DNA of 64,000 nucleotides, from assembly GCA_963763775.1 (NCBI GenBank), contig CAVXPZ010000001.1, positions 416,001 through 480,000 of the forward strand. Reading direction: 5' to 3'. A program made the translations under genes and the position numbers. This document shows, one piece after another, positions 23,812 to 32,021 of the stretch. This DNA comes from an uncultured Chloroflexia bacterium (GTDB lineage Bacteria > Chloroflexota > Limnocylindria > Limnocylindrales > CSP1-4). The first letter of the stretch is position 1; each line of letters opens with the position of its first letter. Below the pieces are notes generated by a model. It was not told the origin of the DNA. It did not search any database and worked only from the letters and a program-made list of their open reading frames with translations.

Positions 23812-25245
23812 GTGAGTCGAGACTTCGTCGGTGCCCTCCTGCAGCTCAATGCCGAGAAGCAGATCTCCCGTGAGCAACTGATCGGCGCGGTCGAGGACGG
23901 GATCCAGTCCGCCTACCGCCGCGTCGCCGGCGACGAGGACATCCACGTCCGGATCGACGCCGAGACCGGGAAGATCCGGGTCTACCGCGCGCGCCGCGTG
24001 GTCACCGAGATCGAGGACGAGCTGACCGAGATGACCGTGGATCAGGCCAAGGCCATCGATCCCGGCGCGGAGGTCGGCGACCTCGTCGAGACCGAGCAGC
24101 TCGACGGCGACGTGTTCGGACGGATCGGCGCGCAGACCGCCAAGCAGATCGTGCTGCAGCGCATCCGCGAGGTCGAGCGCGACCAGGTCTACGACCAGTT
24201 CGCGAGCCGCGAGGGTGAGCTCCTCACCGGCACGGTCAACCGCGTCGAACCCCGCGGGCTGATCCTCGACGTCGGCAAGAACGTCGAGGCCGTGCTCCGG
24301 CCCTCCGAGCAGAGCGCCCTCGAGCACTACCGGATCGGCCAGAACGTCAAGGCCTTCGTCCTCGAGGTCCGCCGCGGCGCCCGCGGCCCGGAGATCCTCG
24401 TCAGCCGTACCCACAAGGGCTTCCTCAAGCGCTTGTTCGAGCTCGAGGTCCCGGAGATCCACAACGGCACGGTCGAGATCAAGGCGATCGCGCGTGAGGC
24501 CGGCAGCCGCTCCAAGGTGGCCGTCGCCTCGCGCCAGGACGGACTCGACCCGGTCGGCGCGACCGTCGGGCAGCGAGGCGCGCGCGTCCAGGCCGTGGTG
24601 GCCGAGCTCTCCGGCGAGAAGATCGACGTGATCCCCTGGAGCGACGACCCGGCGGTCTTCGTCGCGAACGCGCTCAGCCCGGCGCAGGTCATCTCCGTCG
24701 ACATCGACGAGGAGCACCGGATCGCCAGCGTGACCGTCCCGGAGCGGATGCTGTCGCTCGCGATCGGCCGAGAGGGCCAGAACGCGCGGCTCGCCGCCCG
24801 GCTCACGGGTTGGCGCATCGACATCCGCAGCGACGTCTCGGTCGCCGAGGCGAAGGCCACGGCCGTCGAGGATGAGGTCCAGGCCGCGTCCGAGCCGGTC
24901 GCCGCCGAGCCCGAAGCGCCCGCCGCCGCAGCCGACGCACCCGCCGAGCCCGAGACGGCCGCGCCCGCCAAACCGAAGCGCGTCACGAAGAAGGCCGCCG
25001 CCGCAGCGGCCGAGGCCGCCGCAGCGGCCGATGGCATGGCCGCCGCCGACCTCCCCGAGGCGGCAACGGTCGCCGAGGCTCCCGCCAAGGCCGCGAAACC
25101 GAAACGCGTCACCAAGAAGGCCGCGGCGCCCGAGGCGGACGCGGAACCCGTCGCCGAAGCCGCCGCCGTCCCCGCGGAAGCCGCCCCGGCCAAGCCGAAG
25201 CGGACGACGAAGAAGGCTGCCGCCACCGAGGAGGTGGCGTCGTAG
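23812..25245 (+). CDS. nusA: Transcription termination/antitermination factor NusA with Ala/Lys-rich tail
   Basis: FGRIGAQTAKQ, LFELEVPEI, AREAGSRSKVAV, AIGREGQNARLAARLTGWRIDI. Confidence 0.97.
   Translation: MSRDFVGALLQLNAEKQISREQLIGAVEDGIQSAYRRVAGDEDIHVRIDAETGKIRVYRARRVVTEIEDELTEMTVDQAKAIDPGAEVGDLVETEQLDGDVFGRIGAQTAKQIVLQRIREVERDQVYDQFASREGELLTGTVNRVEPRGLILDVGKNVEAVLRPSEQSALEHYRIGQNVKAFVLEVRRGARGPEILVSRTHKGFLKRLFELEVPEIHNGTVEIKAIAREAGSRSKVAVASRQDGLDPVGATVGQRGARVQAVVAELSGEKIDVIPWSDDPAVFVANALSPAQVISVDIDEEHRIASVTVPERMLSLAIGREGQNARLAARLTGWRIDIRSDVSVAEAKATAVEDEVQAASEPVAAEPEAPAAAADAPAEPETAAPAKPKRVTKKAAAAAAEAAAAADGMAAADLPEAATVAEAPAKAAKPKRVTKKAAAPEADAEPVAEAAAVPAEAAPAKPKRTTKKAAATEEVAS
24961..25224 (+). 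repeat. Three copies of a coding repeat (A)KPKR(V/T)TKKAAA in the NusA tail
   Basis: aaaccgaagcgcgtcacgaagaaggcc / aaaccgaaacgcgtcaccaagaaggcc / aagccgaagcggacgacgaagaaggct. Confidence 0.8.
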
Positions 25246-25589
25246 CCGCGCCGGCCCACCAGGCGGCCCCCCGGCGTGCGCCCGAGCGATCGTGCGTCGC
25301 CTGCCGGTCCGTGCGACCCAAGCGCGAGCTTCGTCGTGTCGTGCGACGTCCCGACGGGGAGATCGTCCTCGACCCGACCGGGCGACTGCCCGGGCGTGGG
25401 GCCTATCTCTGCGCTGACCGACCGGCCTGCCTGGAGCTGGCCATCGCCAAGGGTGCCCTCGGACGGGCGCTGAAGACGACGATCCCGACGGACCTGCGCG
25501 ACGCCCTCGCGTCGGTGGCCGTCACCAACGAAGACCAGACTGAACTGACTGACATGACGATCGAAGGAGGAGCCCGTGGCCAGGAGTAG
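25242..25589 (+). CDS. ylxR: YlxR (DUF448) family protein; start uncertain
   Basis: In-frame PERSCVACR upstream of GTG 25311, RELRRVV, GRGAYLC; nusA-ylxR-infB synteny. Confidence 0.88.
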   Translation, partial: VAAPAHQAAPRRAPERSCVACRSVRPKRELRRVVRRPDGEIVLDPTGRLPGRGAYLCADRPACLELAIAKGALGRALKTTIPTDLRDALASVAVTNEDQTELTDMTIEGGARGQE

Positions 25590-27483
25590 GAGCGGCACCC
25601 GCGGCCGTCGCGGGCCGCGCAAGCCGCCGCGTCGCGACGGCACATTCAACTCATCCCAGGTGCAGGTCGCCGACCCGCGTGAGCGTGGCGCGATCGAGCT
25701 GCCCGGCACGATCACCGTCAAGGAGCTGGCCGACCTGCTGTCGGTCAATCCGGCCGACGTGATCCGCGAGCTCATCAAGAGCGGGATCTTCGCGACGATC
25801 AACCAGCTCATCGACCGCGACACCGCGTCGCTGGTCGCGAGCGAGCTCGGCTACGAGGTCGCGGAGACCACGCTGACCACCGTCGGGGTCACCCCGGACG
25901 GCGACGACGACGGCAAGGTGGCCGAGGCGACCAAGGAGGTCCTCTTCGAGGAGGACGATCCGTCGCTGCTCGTGCCACGCGCCCCGATCGTCACGGTCAT
26001 GGGCCACGTCGACCACGGCAAGACCAGCCTCCTCGATGCGATCCGGACGACCGAGGTGGCGGCCGGCGAGCGCGGCGGCATCACGCAGCACATCGGGGCG
26101 AGCGAGGTCACCCACGACGGGAAGCGCGTCGTGTTCCTCGACACGCCGGGCCACGAAGCGTTCACGGCGATGCGGGCCCGCGGGGCACGCGTGACGGACA
26201 TCGCGGTCGTGGTGGTAGCCGCCGACGACGGCGTCATGCCCCAGACGCTCGAGGCGATCAGCCACGCCAAGGCGGCCAAGGTGCCGATCATCATCGCGCT
26301 GAACAAGATCGACAAGCCGGACGCGAACGCCGACCGGGTCAAGACCGAGTTGACCGAGGCCGGGATCGTGGTGGAGGAGTACGGCGGCGACGTGCCGCTG
26401 GTGCCGGTCTCCGCGAAGACCCGGCTCGGCCTCGACGAGTTGATCGAGATGATCCTCCTCGTCGCGGACCTCCAGGAGCTCAAGGCGAACCCGAAGCGTT
26501 CGGCGATCGGCACGATCGTGGAAGCGCAGCTCGACAAGGGCCGCGGTCCCGTCGCGACGGCACTCGTCCAGACCGGCACGCTGAAGGTCGGCGACATCAT
26601 CGTCGTCGGCGAGACGTTCGGGCGCGTCCGCGCGCTCGAGAACGACCTCGGCAAGCGCGTCACGAAGGCCGGTCCCTCGAGCGCCGTGGTGATCCTCGGC
26701 CTCGCGGACGTCCCCGAGGCGGGTGACATCCTGCGCGTCGTCGGCGACGAGAAGGAAGCCCGGACGCTGGTCGAGTCCCGCAAGGCCGAGCACGCCGCCC
26801 GCGCCGGGGAGGGGAGTGGCCGCGCCACCCTCGAGGACCTCTACCGCCAGATCCAGGCCGGACAGGCGAAGGAGCTGCGGGTCATCCTCAAGGCCGACGT
26901 GTCCGGCTCGCTCGGCGCCATCACGCACGCACTCGAGCAGCTGGACCAGGAAGAGATCCGGGTCAACGTCCTGCTCGAGGGCGCCGGCGACATCACCGAC
27001 AACGACATCATGCTCGCGGCGGCATCGAATGCCATCGTCGTGGGCTTCAACACGAAGATCACCGACACCGCGCGGCGGTCCGCCGAGGCCGAGGGCGTCG
27101 ACGTCCGCCTCTACGACATCATCTACAAGCTGACCGACGACATCGAGGCGGCCCTCAAGGGCCTGCTCGAGCCGGTGGTCGTGGAGGTCGTGGAGGGTCG
27201 CGCGGAGGTCCGCCAGATCTTCCGCGTCGGCAAGAGCACGGTCATCGCCGGTTGCTACGTCACCGACGGGCGGATCGTCCGCGGCGGCGCGCGCGTCTGG
27301 CGTGGCGGGAAGATCGTCGCGACCGACAAGATCGAGTCGCTCCGCCGCTTCCGTGACGACGTCCGTGAGGTCGCCACCAACTACGAGTGCGGCATCGGCC
27401 TGGCCGATTACCACGACCTCGTCGAGGGCGACATCATCGAGTGCTTCACCTCGCAGACCGTCAGCCGGGCCATTGCCGGCTGA
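25576..27483 (+). CDS. infB: Translation initiation factor IF-2
   Basis: [37 protein letters not shown]. Confidence 0.98.
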   Translation: MARSRSGTRGRRGPRKPPRRDGTFNSSQVQVADPRERGAIELPGTITVKELADLLSVNPADVIRELIKSGIFATINQLIDRDTASLVASELGYEVAETTLTTVGVTPDGDDDGKVAEATKEVLFEEDDPSLLVPRAPIVTVMGHVDHGKTSLLDAIRTTEVAAGERGGITQHIGASEVTHDGKRVVFLDTPGHEAFTAMRARGARVTDIAVVVVAADDGVMPQTLEAISHAKAAKVPIIIALNKIDKPDANADRVKTELTEAGIVVEEYGGDVPLVPVSAKTRLGLDELIEMILLVADLQELKANPKRSAIGTIVEAQLDKGRGPVATALVQTGTLKVGDIIVVGETFGRVRALENDLGKRVTKAGPSSAVVILGLADVPEAGDILRVVGDEKEARTLVESRKAEHAARAGEGSGRATLEDLYRQIQAGQAKELRVILKADVSGSLGAITHALEQLDQEEIRVNVLLEGAGDITDNDIMLAAASNAIVVGFNTKITDTARRSAEAEGVDVRLYDIIYKLTDDIEAALKGLLEPVVVEVVEGRAEVRQIFRVGKSTVIAGCYVTDGRIVRGGARVWRGGKIVATDKIESLRRFRDDVREVATNYECGIGLADYHDLVEGDIIECFTSQTVSRAIAG

Positions 27484-27503
27484 CGGGTGGCCGCTCGAAT
27501 GAC

Positions 27504-27595
27504 GCGCCATCCGGGCGTTGCCTCCTGCGCGGGTTCACTCACGCACCTTGGGGTGCGCTCGTTCGCGTGCTCGGCGGCGCCTTCGCCTGGCGCGA
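27504..27595. repeat. Long imperfect intergenic hairpin (REP-like palindrome)
   Basis: Nested pairs GCGCCA/TGGCGC, GGGCGTTGCC/GGCGGCGCCT, CGCACC-TTGG-GGTGCG; boundaries approximate. Confidence 0.45.
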
Positions 27596-27656
27596 CCTGC
27601 GAGCGGCAAGGCCGTTCGTTCGGCCCCCTCTGCGGGCGGCGAGGCGGTTCAGTCAC

Positions 27657-28178
27657 ATGAGTCAACGCACCGACCGGGTCGATGAGTTGCTGCGTCAGGA
27701 GATCACCGCGATCGTGGCGCGGGACGTGGCCGACCCGCGCATCGGGTTCGTCACGATCACGAGCGTCGAGACGACGCCGGACCTGCGGCACGCCAAGGTC
27801 TGGGTGAGCGTCATCGGCCAGCCGGCGGAACGCGACGCCACGGTGGCCGCGCTCGGCCGGGCCATGCCGTTCGTCCGGCACGAGCTTGGGACACGGCTCC
27901 GGCTGAAGCGGATCCCCGACCTGCACGTGCGGCTCGACGATACCGCCGAGCGTGGCACGCGCGTGCTCCAGTTGCTCAACGAGCTCGAGGACGGGGCCGT
28001 ACCCGACGGCGACGTGCCGGTCGTCGAGGCGCTGCCGACCCCAGTGGCGCGGCTGCCGCACGAGGGCGACCTCCCGGACGAGCCGACGCCGGCCGCCCCG
28101 CCGCCCACCCCAGGGCGGCGCCGACGACGGCCGTACCATCCCAAGCCGACGACACAACACCCGCCGAAGCGGCGATGA
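27657..28178 (+). CDS. rbfA: Ribosome-binding factor A
   Basis: MSQRTDRVDELLRQEI, DPRIGFVTIT.V..TPDLRHAKVWVS, LRLKRIPDL. Confidence 0.96.
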   Translation: MSQRTDRVDELLRQEITAIVARDVADPRIGFVTITSVETTPDLRHAKVWVSVIGQPAERDATVAALGRAMPFVRHELGTRLRLKRIPDLHVRLDDTAERGTRVLQLLNELEDGAVPDGDVPVVEALPTPVARLPHEGDLPDEPTPAAPPPTPGRRRRRPYHPKPTTQHPPKRR

Positions 28179-29195
28179 CCGTCGACCTCGCCCCGTACCT
28201 CGATGCGGTGCCCCTCGTCGTCGTCGAGCGGCTGCGTGGCGCTCGGAACGTGCTGGCCGTGGGTCACGAGAACCCGGACGCGGACACGCTCGGAGCATCG
28301 CTCGCGGTCGCCCGCCTCGTGGCTGCGCACGGCGGTCGGGCCGATGTCGTGACCTCCGACTCGCCGCCGCCGCTGTACGACTTCCTGCCGGCGGTCGCCC
28401 GAGTCCGGACGGATCCCGATCCGGCCGCCGGGTACGACCTGATCGTCATCTCCGATTGTGGCTCGCTCGACCGCGTGGGCGCCGTGGGGAGCCGCCACGC
28501 GTCCCTGTTCGCCTCGGTGCCGACGGTCGTGATCGACCACCATGCCTCGAACGGCGGGACGGGCGAGGCGCCACTGGATCGACGCCCGCGCCGCGGCGAC
28601 GTGCGAGATGGTGACGCTCCTCGCCCTCAGCCTCGGCGTGCCACTCGATCTCGACGGCGGCGCGCTGGCGACCGAGCTGATGGCCGGGATCGTCATGGAC
28701 ACCGCGACCTTCGCCCACCCGAACGCGACGCCGCGAACGCTGGCGGTCTCGGCTGCGCTGGTCGAAGCCGGCGCCCCGCTCTCGGAGATCTCGAGACGCC
28801 TCTACCGGTCCAAGCCCGACGCGCAGCTCCGACTCTTCGGGCGGGTGCTGGACCGGCTCCAGACGGCGGCCGACGGCCGCATCGTGTATTCCACGCTGAC
28901 CGACGCCGACCTCGCGTCGACCGGGACCCTGCCGGCGCACTCCGAAGGGATCATCGACCTGCTCGCACAGGCCGAGACCGCCGAGGTCGCCATCCTGTTC
29001 AAGGAAGACGTGCGTGGGACCCGGTTGAGCGTCCGGACGAAGCCCGGCGGCGTCGACGCGACGGTCCTGACCGGGGCGTTCGGCGGCGGCGGCCACGCCC
29101 GTGCGTCGGGTGCGACGCTCTCGCTGCCTGTGGACGAGGCGACGGTGCCGGTCCTCGCCGAGGCGACGCGCCTCGTCGACGCCGTCCGCCGCTGA
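28175..29195 (+). CDS. nrnA: DHH/DHHA1 phosphoesterase (NrnA-like nanoRNase/pAp phosphatase; apparent frameshift ~28570)
   Basis: HENPDADTLG, IDHH, GIVMDTATF, FGGGGHARASG; rbfA-nrnA-truB synteny. Confidence 0.9.
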
Positions 29196-29197
29196 CG

Positions 29198-30151
29198 GTG
29201 GCGCGGTCCTCGCTCGGTCCGGGGCTTGACGGCATCCTCGTCGTCGCGAAGCCGGCCGGTCCGACCTCACACGACATCGTGGCGCTCGTGCGGCGACTGG
29301 CCGCCACCAAGCGCGTCGGGCACGGCGGGACCCTGGACCCGTTCGCCTCGGGCGTGCTGCCGATCTTCCTCGGACACGGCACGCGGGTCGTGGAGTACCA
29401 CCTCGGCGATCAGAAGGCCTACCGGGCGACCGTATGCTTCGGCGCCTCGTCGACCACGGACGATCTGGAAGGCGAGCTGACGCCGGCCGACGGCGCCGCG
29501 CCCGATCGAGCGACGGCCGAGGCCGCCCTGGCGGGCTTCCGCGGCGCGATCACGCAACGGCCACCCGCGTACAGCGCGATCAAGGTGGGCGGGCGGCGCG
29601 CCTACGCGATGGCCCGGGCGGGTGAGACGGTCGTCCTCGCCGAACGGCAGGTGACGATCGGATCGATCGAGGTCGCGTCCTGGGATGCCACGGACCCGGA
29701 CCGGCCGATCGCGGTCATCGATGTCGTGTGCTCCGCCGGGACGTACGTGCGGGCGATCGCCCGGGACCTCGGCGAACGAACCGGGAGTGCCGCCTACCTC
29801 GGGGCGCTGACCCGGACCGCGTCGGGCCCGTTCCGCATCGAGGACGCCGTCGACCTCGACGAGATCCGATCGGCCGCGGCCGACGGCCCCGCCGGGCTCC
29901 TCCCGTTCCTGCGCCCGATCGACGCCGGCCTCGAGGCCTTCCCCGATGTGCCCCTCACGGCCGAGGAGACCCAGGCGACGGCCCGCGGGCAGTTCATCGT
30001 CCCGGGGGCGGGCATCCCACCAGACGCCGAACGGTTCCGCCTCCGCGGACCGGACGGCGCCCTCGTGGCCATCGCGACCCGGCAGGGCAGCCGGCTGGCA
30101 CCCGACAAGGTCTTCGCGACGCCCGTCGTGCCGGTGGTGCCCGGCGCGTGA
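29198..30151 (+). CDS. truB: tRNA pseudouridine55 synthase
   Basis: KPAGPTSHD, VGHGGTLDPFASGVL, PPAYSAIKVGG, CSAGTYVRA. Confidence 0.97.
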   Translation: MARSSLGPGLDGILVVAKPAGPTSHDIVALVRRLAATKRVGHGGTLDPFASGVLPIFLGHGTRVVEYHLGDQKAYRATVCFGASSTTDDLEGELTPADGAAPDRATAEAALAGFRGAITQRPPAYSAIKVGGRRAYAMARAGETVVLAERQVTIGSIEVASWDATDPDRPIAVIDVVCSAGTYVRAIARDLGERTGSAAYLGALTRTASGPFRIEDAVDLDEIRSAAADGPAGLLPFLRPIDAGLEAFPDVPLTAEETQATARGQFIVPGAGIPPDAERFRLRGPDGALVAIATRQGSRLAPDKVFATPVVPVVPGA

Positions 30152-30907
30152 CGGATCGGATGCGCGTCGTGGGCGGCATCGATCGCCTGACCGCCGTCGA
30201 CGGACCGGCGTTCATCGTGGTCGGCGTCTTCGATGGCCTCCACCTCGGTCATCAGTACCTGCTGCGGCACCTCGTGGACGAAGCCGGCGGCGCGAGACGC
30301 CCGCCCGACCGTGGTCACGTTCGACCACCATCCGGACGAGGTCCTGACCGGGCACGCGCCGCCGCTGCTGATCGCGCCGGATGAGCGTCTCGAACGGCTC
30401 GCCGCGGCCGGTGTCGACGGGACCGTGGTCCAGCACTTCGACGCCGCCCTGCGCCAGACGCCGTACGACGCCTTCGTCGAGCGGATCCGCGCGCGGACGG
30501 CCGTCGCCGGGTTCCTGATGACGCCCGACGCGGCCTTCGGATTCGAGCGGCGCGGGACACCGGAGGCCCTCGCGAGTCTTGGCGAGAGGCACGGGTTCGA
30601 GGTCGTGGTGGTGCCACCGTTCGCCCTCGGCGGGCGCCCGGTGCGCAGCACGGACGTGCGCACCGCGATCACCTCGGGCGACCTCGCGCAGGCTCGGGCG
30701 CTGCTCGGCCGACCCGTGACCCTGCGCGGCTCCGTGGACGCGACAGGGCGATTGCGGTTCGAGCTGCCGATGGCATTGCCGCCCGACGGGACCTATCGGG
30801 CCTCGATCGCCGGCACCGTCACGGACATCGACATCCGCGACGGCGCGGTGCGGCTCGACGCCCCGCCGTCGAGCTCCCATGTCTCGCTCGAGTTGCTGGC
30901 GACCTAG
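30148..30907 (+). CDS. ribF: FAD synthetase (RibF family) with degenerate kinase domain (apparent frameshift ~30285)
   Basis: [38 protein letters not shown]; short C-terminus lacking the PTAN motif. Confidence 0.85.
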
Positions 30908-30926
30908 GCTGGCCGACCGACGGATG

Positions 30927-31490
30927 CTATCGCCCGGGCTGCCAGAGCGGCTCCGGGACGCCGCGCTCGTGGTTCTCGTAGCGGGCCATCACGAAGAGCG
31001 CGTCCGACAGGCGATTGAGATACGGGAGGACCTGGTCCCCGATCGCCTCGTCGCGGCCCAGCCCGACGGCCTCTCGCTCGGCGCGCCGGCAGATGGTGCG
31101 GGCCACATGCAGGTGTGCGGCTCCCGGGGCGCCGCCGGGCAACAGGAAGTTGGTGAGCGGGCCGACCACGTCGTTGAACTCGTCGATGAGCCGCTCGAGC
31201 TTCTCGACGTGACGCAGCTCGACGGTCGGGATCCGGCTCCGCCGGGGATCGTCCGAGGGCCAGCACAGGTCCGAGCCGAGGTCGAAGAGCTCGTTCTGGA
31301 TGGTGCCGAGCTCCGTCGTCAGTCGATCGCACAGGCCGGTCGCGAGGGCGACCCCGATCTGCGAGTTCAGCTCGTCCACGGTGCCGTACGTGGCCACCCG
31401 TCGCGAGTCCTTGGCGACGCGCTGCCCACCGCCGAGCCCGGTCATCCCCTCGTCCCCGGTCTTCGTGTAGATGCGGTCCAGGCTCGGCAT
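30927..31490 (-). CDS. ATP:cob(I)alamin adenosyltransferase (PduO type)
   Basis: [41 protein letters not shown]. Confidence 0.94.
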   Translation of the reverse strand: MPSLDRIYTKTGDEGMTGLGGGQRVAKDSRRVATYGTVDELNSQIGVALATGLCDRLTTELGTIQNELFDLGSDLCWPSDDPRRSRIPTVELRHVEKLERLIDEFNDVVGPLTNFLLPGGAPGAAHLHVARTICRRAEREAVGLGRDEAIGDQVLPYLNRLSDALFVMARYENHERGVPEPLWQPGR

Positions 31491-31549
31491 ACTGCCCTCC
31501 GTGCGGATACCGGGGTAGGGTACCGGAGCGCCGCTGCGCACCCGGCCGT

Positions 31550-31578
31550 TTGCCGCATCCGTGCGAGCCTGATACCAT
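31550..31578 (+). promoter_or_regulatory. Sigma-70 promoter for rpsO-pnp
   Basis: TTGCCG-N17-TACCAT with TG extension. Confidence 0.7.
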
Positions 31579-31631
31579 CCGCCGGTCATAGATGGAAGAC
31601 ATCACGTCACACGTCGTGTTCGGAGGAACGA

Positions 31632-31901
31632 GTGCCGCTCGCGCGGGAAGAGAAGCAGGAGATCATCACCGGGTTTGCCACCAAGGAAGGTGACACCGGT
31701 TCCCCGGAAGTCCAGATCGCGCTCCTCACCGAGCGGATCAAGGAGCTGACCGGGCATCTTCGAAGCTTTCCCAAGGACAATCATTCGCGTCGCGGCCTCC
31801 TCAAGCTCGTCGGCCAGCGCCGCCGCCTTCTCGCCTACCTGATGAAGAAGGACAGCGCGCGCTACCGGGTCGTCATCGGACGACTCGGACTTCGCCGCTA
31901 G
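31632..31901 (+). CDS. rpsO: 30S ribosomal protein S15
   Basis: [33 protein letters not shown]; SD GGAGG. Confidence 0.98.
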   Translation: MPLAREEKQEIITGFATKEGDTGSPEVQIALLTERIKELTGHLRSFPKDNHSRRGLLKLVGQRRRLLAYLMKKDSARYRVVIGRLGLRR

Positions 31902-31914
31902 CGACGCCGCTCCC

Positions 31915-31938
31915 GGACCCCGGGTATCCCCGGGGTCC
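31915..31938 (+). terminator. Hairpin in the rpsO-pnp intergenic region (terminator or processing site)
   Basis: GGACCCCGGG-TATC-CCCGGGGTCC. Confidence 0.55.
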
Positions 31939-32021
31939 TCTCGCGTCCGACGCTCATCGGCCCAGTCGGCCGGCCTGCCCGCAGGTCGAACCTCCTCCAC
32001 GGCCAAGGAGGAACAGCTCCC

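Noticed and set aside
28175-30151. Apparent DHH-TruB fusion (658-aa ORF); likewise RseP-IspG and SMC-FtsY read-throughs
   Set aside because: Produced by frameshifts joining neighbouring frames through nonsense linkers
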